A stretch of DNA of 63,425 bases, filler included, from Thelocarpon superellum (GCA_026025795.1; 9 parts of 9 records of this genome joined end to end with filler, not necessarily neighbours in it); one strand, 5' to 3'. Positions 23,144 through 36,220 are shown, counted from the whole stretch's first letter. Translations and numbers: made by a program. Notes: generated by a model not told the origin, from the letters alone.

Positions 23144-26100
23144 CTACAAGACATATCCCCAGAACGGATTAACCACCCCCCAATCCCTCACCGGTCTCGC
23201 GTCTTCAAGCTCCACGCACCACCACAGCACTTCCTTGGCCTTCTCCACTTGCCCGCCCTCCTCGTAGGAGCGCGCAAGTAGGAACCATGCCTCCGACCGA
23301 TCCCACCCTGTCCCTAGCTTTGTGAGGGATGACAGTAGCCCGTGCGCCCGGTCGCGCGCCGCCAGATGGTCGAGCGTTGCTGTTGTTGTGATCGTTGTAG
23401 CGGCCGTCGGTGTCGCTGTGCTTGCGGCATCGTTGGTTGTTTGGTGAAAGGTCGTCAGGTTGGCGGCCAGGGCGGCGGTGGCGGTGGACGCACTGATGCC
23501 AAAGGCCGGCGGATCGAGTGCTTGTGAGGGTTGCAACGCCGCTGGTTGTGGAGGACGGGAGGACGATTGTGTGGATGGCGCCACTTCAGGACCTGGCGCC
23601 GGTGGTCGCGCGGTAGCGACACCCGCTGCGGACCCGAGGTGAATCTTCTGCGTTGACACATCCAGCAAGATCTCACAAAGCCCGACCGTCGCCGCCGGAT
23701 GGTCCGGATGCCGACTGATGGCTTCTTCAAAGTGAGACAGCGCGTCCACGTTCATCTCCTGCGCTCGCGCCAGAGCGCCACGCTAAATCATCAGCCACGA
23801 CCTGACCAACCACTCGTCATGAAAGCTCACCTCAGCCCAGATGTCGGCCCACAACTCCTCCACTCGCTTCCCACCTCCCCGTGGTCGATCTTTGGCGAAT
23901 TCTGCCGCGTCATCCTGGCTCTTCGCCGCTCCCGTCGCTGACGCCAATCCATTCACCAGCTCCGAGGCCTCGTCCGTCGCCCCTTTGGCGTCCTCGTACA
24001 TCTTCGCCCGACGATAGAGCCCCGCGATGAGTAACCAGACGTCCACCAACAGACCAAGGCGAAGTCGTCGCTCGTGCGCGGGAGGGAACAGCGGCTCGTG
24101 CGTCAGGTTGGTCGAGGATGGTCCCGCCGCTAACCGCACGTCAGGTGGCCGAGAAGCGTTTGCCGGGCGATATGGCAAGGAGGTCTGCTTGCCAGGCAGA
24201 TTTTGGGAGGATGGCGGACCAGATTGACCGGGGATGGTGGTGGTGGGAAGAGGAGGAATGGCAGAAGGGACATCGGCCGACACGGCGATGCCCACTTGAC
24301 TCGGCGTGATGGAGAGACGGGAATAGCGTAGGGATCGAGGTCGGCTGCGGATCTCGTCCCCAGCCGCGTGGCCGTTCCCATTCGTGGCCTCAACGCCCAT
24401 GACATCGTCCAGCGTGTACTGACTGGTGTTCGTTTGTCGTTTCCGTCGCAGACTGGCCACGCTTTTGGCCCGAATGAGACTATTTCGCTTTTGTAGCTTG
24501 GGTCGGTGAGGTGACGTGAACTCGTGCTCGTGCGCCAGCTTCTCCAGCGCGCCAGCATCATTCCCCTCGTCCGTGACGTGAATCGCCGGCATCGGGCTCG
24601 CCCGCGATTCAGCCCCCATGGACGAGAAATTGATGAGGGTACTCTGGCGCGCGCTCTTGCGCTTCGACTTGGATCCGCCCAAGATCGTGCTGCGAATGCT
24701 TCGGATCGTTCCCGCTGAACTCTTCGGCCGCCGCTGCTCGGGTGGGGGTGCCGCCGGCCGGCCGGCCGGCTTCCCCATGGGATTGCCAAAGAGCCTTCCG
24801 TACCACGTCAACAGCTCATCGCACGCATTCACCGCGCTCTCCGGTCCCTCCAGCACCTCGATGAGCGCCAGCTGCGTCATCTTGATCTGGATGAGACATG
24901 CCTTCTCGTGCAGCCCCATCCGATCGACCAGACCCTTGCTCACCATCCCGCCCACCTTCTCATTGGTCGACGCGGCGATGGAGGCGGCGTCGGACGGGTC
25001 GGGACCAAACAAGACGCCAAAGTCGGGAAACTGCTCCAGCGCAGCCTCGCACGACTTGGCCGCCGAGACGAAATCTTGCCGGGCGCTGAGGATGAGGGAG
25101 AGGAGGTGCCACAAGGGCAGTAGCTTGCGCTCGCGTTCGTAGCCTGGACGCTCCCCGCGCATCGCCGCGCTGTCCCACGCGTCGCCGCTTGCGTTCGTCG
25201 AGGCACTGGCAGCCTGCGGGAGCAAGGCTTTCTTGACCACCTCCACCGCACCTGTCAGGTCCCGTTTCTGGGCCAGGAGCAAGGACACGGCAAAGAGCGA
25301 CTCCACGTTATCCGGGTCCTCGAGCTCGGGCAGGAGCGCACGACGGAGTTGCTGGAGCGCCTCGGTCTGGATCTCAGGCCGCGCGGTGGCGTCGTAGGTG
25401 AGCGAGGCCCACTGCGCGAGCGAGATGCCGATAGCACGATGCGCGTCCGCTGTAGCAGCAGGCGCGATTGCCACCCGATCTGTCGCTGGCGTCGCCACGC
25501 CATTACCCTGATGGGTGGCGCCGTCGCCCGCGGCGAGGCGGTCGGGCATGTGGCGCCGCAGCCAGTCTTCCATCAATCGACCCACCCCCTGGGCCCGCTC
25601 GGCATCTTCCCGGTGCCCGTAGGCGCACAGCGCTCTCACACCAGAGCTCGCGGTGCGCAGGACAATCTCATCCTTGTCCAGGTCGGGCTCCTCCTTGCCC
25701 GACTTGTCCACCCTCGCGCGGCCCTTCTTGACGATCTCGAGGTAGGTGTCAAACGCCTTGAAGGCGAGCTGAAACTCGCCCAAGGACGCGTGGACGGCGA
25801 ATAGATGGCGGAGGATCGGAGTGGAATGGAAGGACTTGGTGGCGGCGCGATACAGCACGTCTAGCACGCCCCGGCCGACGCCCTCCTTCCCGCCCTCTCC
25901 CAAATCCTCGTCTTGCCAGTCGCTGCCGCTGAAGACAGTCCAATTGCCCATGACGTGTTCGACCCACTCGCCTACCTCGCCGTTATTCTGGTTGGCCTTG
26001 GGAAAGCGGACCTCTTTCAAGAGCAAGGCCTCGTAGGTGCTCTGGGTGCGTTGCAGCTCCGCCCGCTTCTGGGATTTGGTGAGGGGGAGGGGCATGTCGG

Positions 26101-27085
26101 CCGGGTCATCTCGGAGCATCATGTCGGGCGAGGGCATCGAGGTGGCAATGAGAGAGCCCTCGTCGGGCCAGCCGGCCTGCAAGAGGATGGAAAGGGAGCG
26201 AAAGTAGGCGGCCCAGACGCTGCGACGCGGCAAGCCGGCCTTGGCCGAGTATCCGCCGAGGGCGACGAGGCCATGGCCTGAACCCTCTTCCCAGAAGCGG
26301 GCCCAGGCGCGGAAGAAGGACAGGTCGGTGACGAGGGCGCGGGACGGCGACTGCGACGCAATCTCATCCGACAGCAGACAGCCCTCGATGAGCAGGCGCT
26401 CGGCCCACTTCTGGAGCTCGGGGCAGGTGGAGTAGTATGGGTACTGCGCGATCAAGGGCAGGGCGGTGGCGAGCGTGGCCATGGCCTCGGCCGCTCGACC
26501 CAGCTCCCATTGTGAGGCGCCCTGGAAATAGACGGCTTTGACCACGCACACCCGCGTCCATTCGACGGGATGGGCGACGACGCCCGCCAGATGGCCCCAT
26601 TGCCGGATGATCTGATCGGGGAGGCGAGCGAGGACGAGGTCGGGTTTTCCGAGGGTACGATGGAGCCAGGCCAGGCAGACGAGGCCTTGGAGCGAGTCTT
26701 CCGTGTGAAGCTTCTCCGCCTCGACCGCGGCGGAGAGGGGCGGAATGAGCTGGTTGAGGGATGAGGAGGACTCGACGGAGGAGTTGCGCAGGATCTTGGA
26801 CAGGTAGAGGGTCAATTGATGCTCCGAGTGAGCGGTGACGGCCAGGCCTAGCACCCTGTTAGCCACGAGCCCGGTCGGGGCGGTGGATGATACATACACT
26901 GTCGGTGAGGCGCGTGTTTGCGGACCTTTCGAATGGCCTCGGGCAATTCAAACCAGTCGGCATCACACCGCGCGCGGTCGAGCTGGCTCACATATAGATT
27001 GGCCTTGGCCTGTCGTCGCTGCTGTTGACGCTGTCAGTCGACCGAGGATGGTACAATGTCTTGTCCGGGGACTACCGACCATCAT
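23144..27085 (-). CDS. YPP1: TPR protein Ypp1/Rhf1 (TTC7-like PI4-kinase complex scaffold)
   Basis: Micro-exon ATGATG (27085-27080), then ...AKANLYVSQLDRARCDADWFELPEAIRKVRKHAPHR, LDVLYRAATKSFHSTPILRHLF, and a C-terminal TPR region LTKLGTGWDRSEAWFLLARSYEEGGQVEKAKEVLWWCVELED. Last intron 23830-23783. Confidence 0.88.
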
Positions 27086-27117
27086 GACGCGCAACGGTCG
27101 CTCTCGCGGGCAACCCG

Positions 27118-27173
27118 AACGACCTGGGTAGCCTGGACGATCTGGGCGACCTGGACGACCTGGACGACCTGGG
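27118..27173. repeat. Degenerate 9-bp tandem repeat (CGACCTGGA)n
   Basis: About 6 imperfect copies in the YPP1 5' leader region. Confidence 0.7.
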
Positions 27174-27727
27174 ACACGCGACCGCGATGATCGGACCGTC
27201 AACAACGGACATCATCTACCTGGACCGGGAGAAGGAGGACGGCGGGCAGAGGACACGGAAGGCGGGTACCAGGTACGCGCGCATCGGGTCGGTGCCGCGG
27301 GTACAAAGATGCCAGTGCTGGTGGAAAAGTACGGACGGACAGGCCCAGCAACTAGGATGCTGAACCCTGCACATACGTGGATAGAGCGCACGCCTAACTA
27401 ACTACGCGTACGCCCCTGCACCGTGGGCCCGTTTGACCCGTTTCCCCCGGGCCTGGGGCTCTTGGTGTCTTGGTCGCTTCGTTTCACGGGCGAGGCGCTC
27501 GAACCGGGGTGATCCCGGCACTAAGCCAGAAGTAAACTGGTCGGACCAGCGGCGAAGACGTGTGGAAGATTCATCGCCAGCCCTATCACTAATGTTACCG
27601 TGACCCGGGCTCGCGCTCATCTCCAGGCACGAGTAGAGTTGTCCCACGCAACAGAACAAAGAGATGTTTGCTCCACTGAGACACAATTGGGCCATCATGA
27701 GCCTCTGGTCTACATAGCTGCCCCATC

Positions 27728-28308
27728 ATGGCTCCCCATTCATCCGGTCCCGCCGTCTCACCTTTGCGCCATGTTACACATGTCCTCTCCCATATTGCCC
27801 CAGATCTGCTTCCCCCGGCCGTTCCTCATCTGCTTCCAGCCATCCAGAACAGTGCAAAGCTGCTGTCCTCGCCCGCGCAGTCCAGGCCGGGAAAGGAGCA
27901 TAGGGATGGGTCGGACTCGTCGGTGCTGGTGCACAAGTACAAAACCCAAGTGACGACGTTGCTGCAGAGCAAGAGTGCGCCGGCTCGTTGGTCCGCCGTG
28001 GTACTGATCAAGACCACCATCGACGTCGGAGGGTGGGAGGTACTGCGGGGGCTGGAGGGATGGGTTCGCGGACTGTTGGGGATCCTTGGGGTACGTCGAT
28101 GGTCGCCAACGGAACTCGAATTGACGTTGACCCGTGTACCTAGCGGCCGGATCCACCCAGCACTAAGAATCTCAGCATCGTCACCTTGGTGGCCATCTTT
28201 CTCCGTACTCGTCCATATCCGACCTTGTTGCGCGAAATCACGACGCCGTCACTGGCATCGTTTATTACCACAACCTTGGAGTGCGTGACGGTGAAAAGTC
28301 GGAATGTC
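27728..28308 (+). CDS. RIX1: Pre-rRNA processing protein Rix1, N-terminal part (cut at contig end)
   Basis: VHKYKTQVTTLLQSKSAPARWSAVVLIKTTIDVGGWEVL...WVRGLLGILG|RPDPPSTKNL...YPTLLREITTPSL. Divergent from YPP1. Confidence 0.88.
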
Positions 28309-28408
28309 NNNNNNNNNNNNNNNNNNNNNNNNNNNNNNNNNNNNNNNNNNNNTTAATTAATTAANNNNNNNNNNNNNNNNNNNNNNNNNNNNNNNNNNNN
28401 NNNNNNNN
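28309..28408. other. Artificial contig linker
   Basis: N44-TTAATTAATTAA-N44. Confidence 0.98.
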
Positions 28409-28445
28409 AGCCCGGCACGGCGGGAGGAAAAAGGGTGGCGGTTAC

Positions 28446-31219
28446 CTTGTCGCGGCTCCGTTTCTCTTCGATATCACCCAACACCATGAGGAGATCATCC
28501 AACTCCGTCTGCACCGTGCTGCGCGCTTCCTCCTTGGCCGCCACGTCCGCTTCAGCCTGGTGGGCGCGCTGCTCCGCCTGCTGGAGCGAGTCGGCCGTAC
28601 GCTTCGCCCACGCCACCGACTCGGCACTCTTCGCCTCCGCGCGCGCCGCCCGCGCGTCCAGAGCGGCGGACTTGGACGTGTATTCCTCGTTGGCGGTCTG
28701 AAGGTCCTGGAGATGCTCGCGGGTCGCCTTCTCCAACGCCCCCTCCAGTTGCGTGATCGTGCGCCGGAGATCGGCCACCTCGGCCTCGTTCCGCTCGCGC
28801 ACCCGGGCCGCCGTGGCGTCGGCCTCGTCACGCACCTGGCGCAGCTGCCGTTCCAGCCCGTCTACGACGCGTTGGTGCTCCGCCCGGACGGCCGTCAGGT
28901 CATCCTCGTGATGTCGCTGCAGGCCCTCGTTGACGGTACGGAGACGTTGCAGCTCCACCGCACCCGTCTCCTTGGCGCGGCGATGGTCGGCCTGCTCCTG
29001 GCCCAGCTTCCGCTCGAGCGTGAGCACGTCCTGCTCGAGCCGCTGCTGCACCTGGTTCTTGTCCTCGAGCTGGGTGCGCAGCGAATCGACCAGCTCGCGT
29101 GAGATGCCCTTGTGCACTCCGTTCGCCAGCACCGGCACCTCCATGCCCGGGTCGCGGTCGACGGCACGCGTCAGCCGGCTGAAGTGGTCCTTGAGAAAGT
29201 CGACAAAGGTCTTGTCGAAGTAGACCTCGGGCAATTTGCCGGGATGCGCGGCGTCGAGGCCCTGATGCAACACCTCGTAGTCGCGCAGCCAGGGGTGCTC
29301 GCGCAGTCGCGCGATCTTGTCGATGTACTGCTCGCGTCCGAGCCGGGTCGACAGGATGGGGTGCAGCATGGCCCGCGGGATGGGCGAGTCCTTGGTCGAG
29401 AACTCGTAGACGATGCCCAGCAGCACGGCGCACAACCCTTGCACGATGGGCCCATCCCGCGCCTGGAGGATGGCATGCACCAGGCTCTGCACGCTGCTAC
29501 CTTCCCCGAGAAAGTCATTGACCGCGTCGGGATCCTCAAAGAGCCAGGCGCAGAGGAGCATGAGGTACGCCACCGACACCCGGTCGTCTTGTCCTCGCTG
29601 CAGGCCCGCGATCAGCTGGCCCGTCAGCGCCTGAATCATCGTCACCACCTCTTCACCCGACGCCGCGTCACCCTCGGTGATGCCCATGGCGAGCGCCTTG
29701 GTCTCTCCGTCATCCTGCAGGAGGTGGAGCAGCAGCACCGCGGCGAACCACGGGCGATAGGGATCCACCGGCCCCGCGGGATCGGGCGTCAACAGAGTCG
29801 ACAGCACGTTGGCCGCGTCGTCGGCCTCGGAGATATACCCTTGGATGGCGTGTTTCAGGAAGTACAGGCGAATGGGCGGATGGTGATAGAAATATGCTTT
29901 GATACATTCACATGCCGCCAGCCGCGTATCAAAGGCGTAGGTGGATGGCGTGACCAAGGTCAGCTCCACCAGGCCGTCGATCACGTAGATCTTCCCGACG
30001 CCATTCGTCGCGGCTGGATTGGGCGTCGGCGGTGGTATCGTCTCCGCCGGCACCTGAAGCTGCGCGAAGCCTTCCTGTAGCTTGGCATTGCCGCGGATCA
30101 AATCCGCGCAGGTCGTGAGGGCCTCGGCGCGCACTGCCAAATCGGCCGTGGGGCTGAAGGCCAGTTGCAAAACGTGCGAGAGGATGCCGCTCGACCAGAA
30201 AGCCGTCTGGTTCTGGTGCGTGCCCAGGCCACCACGCACCAGAAAGAGTCGCACCACCGCCAGCACGCCCCAAAGATTCTTGTCGCGCTGTGGCTTCGCC
30301 CACGCTGGCACGCCCTCCTCGTCATCCTGCTCACAGACGGCGTCACCGATCAGCACGGCGAGCTTGGGCACGCAGCCCGTTTCGCGGAAGAAGGACTGAT
30401 TCGACACGTTAAGTCGGAGGAGATTGGCGAGCAGGGAGAGGCAATCTTGGATGACGATGCCCCCCTGTGAGAGCGAGCCTTCGGCGGTGATGAGGCTGAA
30501 GATCCGGTCAAAGGCATTCTCGAACGCCACCAGCTTCTGCAGCTCGGGGGACGAGGGAGTCAAGCTGGTGAGCAACAGGAGACCCTCTGCTTCCGTCAGC
30601 CGTGCTCGATGGTCTGCCGGGCCGGGGCCTCTGCGGACTCACCATTACGGATCACGTCGCGTCGATCGTCGAGGATGGCCACCAGGCGTGAGATGCCGAG
30701 CGGCGCGGTGAAGACACATTCCTGCGTTCGCTCCGGTCGGGCCGATAAGACCGCCGCCAGCAACTGGAGCGAGTACAGGCGCGAATAAAAATCATGGGTA
30801 TCTAACAGATCTAGAAGGATGGTGATATTATCTTGCCGCTGCGTAAATTCATCGGCCAGCCAGAGGGCAATGTCGTCGGACGCTTCCGGCTATTCAGCGG
30901 GTCAATCGGGCATGGCGGCACTCCGACGGGTGGGACCACCTACGCTCGTCTCGTCGGGGCTGAAGAGGGTCAGTAGTGTCTCCAGCACGACCTTGACCGT
31001 GTCCACATCCTCCACATCCTTGCCGAGGCTCCCGATGAGGCCACGGAGGGCGCCCGACGCGACCGAGGCCGGATACTGCTTGGCGAAGCTGCGGAGCCCT
31101 AGGATGGCGGCTCGGCGGTCCTCGAGCAGGGTGGCACTGAGAAGGCGACCGCTCAAGGTCTGGATGGTGTCGGTGGCCGTCTGTTTGGCCGGGGCTTGTG
31201 CCTGTAGAATGCCGAACAT
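28446..31219 (-). CDS. USO1: Vesicle tether Uso1/p115 (last exon lost at contig end)
   Basis: SATLLEDRRAAILGLRSF, ELQKLVAFENAFDRIF, DCLSLLANLLRLNVSNQSFFRE, a coiled coil, and ELDDLLMVLGDIEEKRSRDK followed by a GTAACC donor. Confidence 0.93.
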
Positions 31220-31278
31220 GGTGGGAGGCGATGACCATCACCTCATCCTCCCACATAAGGGTCTCCCCGCGCAAACCG

Positions 31279-31347
31279 GTCGGAAGCCACGTCGGAGACT
31301 AGAGGGTCTCCGTCGTAAGCCACGTCGGAGACTAGAGGGTCTCCGAC
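31279..31347. repeat. 33-bp tandem duplication, each unit containing a hairpin
   Basis: GTCG(G/T)AAGCCACGTCGGAGACTAGAGGGTCTCC x2, with CGGAGAC/GTCTCCG stems. Confidence 0.85.
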
Positions 31348-31526
31348 TCACCGATGAGGCGATCAGGATGAAGAGCCACCTCTTGGGACAGCCGTAGAAA
31401 AAGTAGGTGAAGCCGGACGTGGTCGTAGCTACGTTGGGCGAAGTGACCCGCCGTAGAACTTGGTGTTGCTACTTACGTCAGCCTGGATCTGCCACTACCG
31501 CCGAGTGCTTTTTGGGTGCGATGAAC

Positions 31527-31604
31527 TCAACATCCTCGATCAACATCCTCGATCAACATCCTCGATCAACATCCTCGATCAACATCCTCGATCAACATCC
31601 TCGA
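31527..31604. repeat. 13-bp minisatellite (TCAACATCCTCGA)x6
   Basis: Six perfect copies in the USO1-RAT1 divergent intergenic region. Confidence 0.95.
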
Positions 31605-31986
31605 GTCAGTCCTTCACACGATCTGACACTGCCCACTTCATCGGGATCTGGACGAAGCTCGAAGTTTTACGTACAAGAACCGGACCTGCGCCCTCATCCT
31701 GCACCGTCCCTCCTGCATCGCCCGCACCGCACCTTGATCGACCAGCCCTCATGGCGACGGGGTCTCACGACGTGGACCTCATACGACAGTAGCTGAACGG
31801 GCTTGCGCGGCCGGCAACGACCTTCTCTTCGTGTACAATAGGATTGCGTTCCGGGAGAATCAATATCTGTTGTTTCACTTGTACCAGCCTCGCGCCGGTG
31901 TGTCATCGCATCAGGTTCGCCCCCCCTCGGAAGAGCATCGCCATTGACACTACCCCCTTTGGTCTCACTCGTGACCCGCCGCCATC

Positions 31987-34900
31987 ATGGGTATCCCCGC
32001 GGCGTTCCGGCATCTGTCGCAGAAGTACCCCAAGATCATCTCGCCGGTGATTGAGGAGCAGCCGCAAGAGATTGATGGCGTGGTCATCCCCATCGATACG
32101 ACGGGGCCCAACCCGAATGGCGAAGAGATGGACAACCTGTACCTCGACATGAACGGCATCGTGCATCCGTGCTCGCATCCCGAAGACAAACCGGCGCCAT
32201 CCAACGAGGAGGAAATGATGCGCGAGGTGTTCAAGTACACCGAGCGCGTCGTCAACATGGTGCGGCCGCGGAAGCTGTTGATGATCGCCGTCGACGGCGT
32301 GGCCCCCCGAGCCAAGATGAATCAGCAACGATCCCGCCGCTTTCGCTCGGCGCAAGAGGCCAAGGAGAAGGACGAAGACAACGCCGAGTTTCTCAAGATG
32401 CTCAAGGCCAAGGGCAACGGCACGACGCACGAAAGCATCGAGGAGTCGATGAAGAAGAAGACGTGGGACAGCAACGCCATCACGCCCGGCACGCCGTTCA
32501 TGGACACGCTGGCGCTGAGCCTGCGGTACTGGATCGCGTACAAGCTCAACACGGACGCGGGCTGGGCCAAGCTGAAGGTGATCATCAGCGACGCCACCGT
32601 GCCGGGCGAGGGCGAACACAAGATCATGGAGTTCATCCGCTCGCAGCGCTCGTCGCCCGAGCACGACCCGAACACGCGACACGTCATCTACGGCCTGGAT
32701 GCTGATCTCATCATGTTGGGACTCGCGACGCACGAGCCGCACTTCCGCGTGCTGCGCGAAGACGTCTTCTTCCAGCAGACCAAGGCGCGCACCTGCCGCA
32801 TCTGCGGGCAGAAAGGACACAAGGCGGAAGAGTGTCGCGGCGCAGCCAAGCCCAAGGACGGCGAGTTTGATGAAAAGGACTCGGCCCATCCATTGAAGCC
32901 CTTCATCTGGCTTCACGTGCACGTGCTCCGGGAGTATCTCGAGGTCGAGCTCTACGTCCCCAACCAACCCTTTCCCTTTGATCTCGAGCGCGCGCTCGAC
33001 GACTGGGTCTTTATGTGCTTCTTCGTGGGCAACGACTTTCTGCCGCACCTGCCGAGTCTGGACATCCGCGAGGATGGCATCGAGACGCTGATGGCCATCT
33101 GGCGCGACAACATCCCCGTCATGGGTGGCTACTTGACCAAGGACGGGCACGTCGACCTGGACCGGGCGCAGATCATCATGGCCGGACTGGCCAAGCAGGA
33201 GGATGCCATCTTCCGGCGACGGCGCCAGGCGGAAGAACGGCGCGAGGCCAACACAAAGCGACGGAAGCTGGACGAGCAGCATCGTAGCAACAGCGGCCGC
33301 TCCAGCACGGGTGGGCGGCGCGGGTCGCCCGACTATGGCACGCCGACGAACGCGTCACGGGGCCGACGGGTGGTGACGGCCGCCGAGCCGCCGCCTGATC
33401 TGCCCCTCTTCGCGCCGGGCAACGTGACGAAAGAGGCGCGGGCCTTGACGCATGATATGGTCGTCAACCGCGGGGCCATGTACAAGGCCAATCAGGCCAA
33501 CAAGAGCGCCGCGGCCGCGCTGAAGAGCCAGCTGCTCGGCGGTGGTCCCTTGACGCCGTCCGCCGACGCCACGACGGCTAAGGATGGCGACGCGCCCCCG
33601 GAGGCGGAGGCCGGGGCCGAGGCCGAGGGCGATCCGCCGTCGCAGACGCCGCCCGTGGCCCTGGGCAAGCGCAAGGCCGAACTGATGGACGATGGGAACG
33701 GCACGCCCGGGGGCAACGGGTCGGACAGCTCCGGCACGCCCGCCGTGGCCGACGGCGAGCCCCCGCCGGACGACGTCCGGCTCTGGGAGGTGGGATACGC
33801 CGACCGATACTACGAGCGCAAATTTCACGCCGACCCACACGACATCGAGTTCCGGCACCGCGTGGCACGAGCGTACGTGGAAGGACTGGCCTGGGTCCTC
33901 CTCTACTATTTTCAGGGCTGCCCGTCTTGGACCTGGTACTACCCCTACCATTATGCCCCTTTCGCCGCGGACTTTGTCGACCTGGGGTCGATGAGCCTCA
34001 GCTTCGACCAGGGCGTGCCCTTTAAGCCCTTTGAGCAGCTCATGGGCGTGATGCCGGCCGCGTCTCGACATACCCTGCCCTCGGCCTTTCACGAGTTGAT
34101 GACGAGCGAGGACAGCGAGATCATCGACTTTTACCCGGACGACTTCCCCATCGACCTGAACGGCAAGAAGTTTGCCTGGCAAGGCGTGGCGCTCCTTCCC
34201 TTTATCGACGAGAAGCGATTGCTGAAGGCGATGCACGAAAAGTACCCACATCTCTCGGCCGAAGATGCGGCGCGGAACGAGGTGGGACGGGAGGTGTTGC
34301 TCCTGTCGGACGCACACCCGCTCTACGACGAAATTGCGAGCAAGTTCTACTCGAAGAAGCAGGGGGTGCCCAAGTACAAGCTGAATCCACGCATCAGCGA
34401 GGGACTGGCTGGCAAAGTGGAGAAGAACGAGACGGTTCTGCCGCGGAGCTCGCTGGTGTCGCCACTCGACGAGTCAGGGCTCCCGGATCTCGAGGATGAC
34501 CGCAGCATCAGGTACGTCAGACGGCCGGCGATCGGCCGACACGCGACTAACGTGCGCGCAGTGTTCACTATGAGCTCCCCCGCTCCTCGCACCTCCATAA
34601 GTCGATGCTCCTGCGCGGGATCAAGCCACCGCCACCAGCGCTGACGCGGGCGGACATTGAGTCGACCAAAGGCCGGGCGCGGAACGCGGGACGCTCGTAC
34701 GGCGGCGCGCCGCTCAATGGATCGGGTCGGGGAGGGCGGGGAGGGCCGATGAACTACAGCGTGTCGGCCTCCGCTTCCTACGCCCGATCGGGCCCGCCCA
34801 CGGGAGGGAATGGATACGGCGGGTACGGGCCGCCATCATGGACCCCGGGAGCCGCTCCACCTCCGCCGGGCGTGCCGCTGTCGTCTTCATGGCCGCCACC

Positions 34901-35147
34901 CTCCTACGCCGGCGCCAATGGATACGGCGGATACGCGCCTCCTCCTCCCCCGGGTGCCCCGGGCACGGGTGACTTTTACAGTCCCTCGAACCAGGACTAT
35001 GGGAGTCGGGCCCCACCTCCTGCGCCATATCGCAACGACCGCGACCATCACGGACAGGGATACAATGGTCGGGGTCCGCCGCCGCCGCCTGCTGGTGGCG
35101 CAGGACGGAACCCACGGAATGGAGGATATGATGGCTACCGAAGATGA
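31987..35147 (+). CDS. RAT1: Nuclear 5'-3' exoribonuclease 2 (Rat1/Xrn2/Dhp1)
   Basis: MGIPAAFRHLSQKYPKI, DNLYLDMNGIVHPC, DGVAPRAKMNQQRSRRF, PGEGEHKI, CCHC knuckle CRICGQKGHKAEEC. One intron at 34512-34561. Gly/Pro/Tyr-rich tail. Confidence 0.97.
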
Positions 35148-35370
35148 AGATCGTCGTTGGATAAAACTGGCCGGGTGTGCCGCTCGTCGGGGCCATCGGG
35201 ACGTCGAACCGAACCCCTGTGGTCCGTTCACCTACGTCGTCATCTACGCACCTGTACTCTAGACTCCCTCGGCTGAGATACTGCAGAAGATGGGCACAGC
35301 ATCGGCCTGTGACTCGATTCCTGCCATGCCATGCCATGCCATGCCATGCATCTCGACTTGACCGACCGTT

Positions 35371-35470
35371 NNNNNNNNNNNNNNNNNNNNNNNNNNNNNN
35401 NNNNNNNNNNNNNNTTAATTAATTAANNNNNNNNNNNNNNNNNNNNNNNNNNNNNNNNNNNNNNNNNNNN
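35371..35470. other. Artificial contig linker
   Basis: N44-TTAATTAATTAA-N44. Confidence 0.98.
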
Positions 35471-35888
35471 TATAAGAGTGTGGGTCTAGGGTTGATGGAT
35501 TTGGCCGTTGGCATGGAAGTGATTCGCTTGGCTGGGAAGAGAGGCATCGGGACACGAATCGAGGGATTTTGATTTCTTCTTGACACCATGTACTCTTTAT
35601 ACGTGTTGAAGGCAGGGAGCGAGGATTCTGATAGCCACTTGTTCCTAGTAACAGACTAAGGTGCGTATCGCGTCTCATGGCGAGAGCATGGACGAGACTG
35701 GAACCAGGTTTCTGGCAGTTGGTAATCAAGATAGACCGTGTTGAATAGCACGAAGATTGAAAACAGAACCTGCTGTAGATGACACACACAGTAAATGCCG
35801 CATCGCAACCAGCTTCAGCGGATCACCACTGCCCTTGAGTAGTGCTGCTGTGACCGTTCCATGACCCGGGTAGTCCCACCCCCTCCCT

Positions 35889-36101
35889 GAGGGGGGGAGA
35901 CAACGAGAGGGGGAGACAACGAGAGGGGGAGACAACGAGAGGGGGAGACAACGAGAGGGGGAGACAACGAGGGGGGGAGACAACGAGAGGGGGAGACAAC
36001 GAGAGGGGGAGACAACGAGAGGGGGAGACAACGAGAGGGGGAGACAACGAGAGGGGGAGACAACGAGAGGGGGAGACAACGAGAGGGGGGAGACAACGAG
36101 A
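35889..36101. repeat. 16-bp purine-rich minisatellite (GAGAGGGGGAGACAAC)x13
   Basis: 13 near-perfect tandem copies, ending about 120 bp upstream of the dynamin-like gene. Confidence 0.95.
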
Positions 36102-36220
36102 CGGCAACTGGAGTCTGGAGTAGGGACTGCTCTTGCGATATGGGCCTATGTAGAGCCTACGAGATCCTGCCAGAATGAGGAGAAGAGCATGCCAAAGGGA
36201 GCATCCGAACACTCCTGCCC

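Noticed and set aside
31903..33282. Long antisense ORFs (also 53337-54875, 29112-30080, 33355-34317, 4269-5201)
   Set aside because: Shadow frames produced by high GC3 codon bias on the opposite strand of real genes
35889..36101. CRISPR-like array
   Set aside because: Head-to-tail repeats with no unique spacers, eukaryotic context and no cas genes; the ORFs reading through it are repeat artefacts
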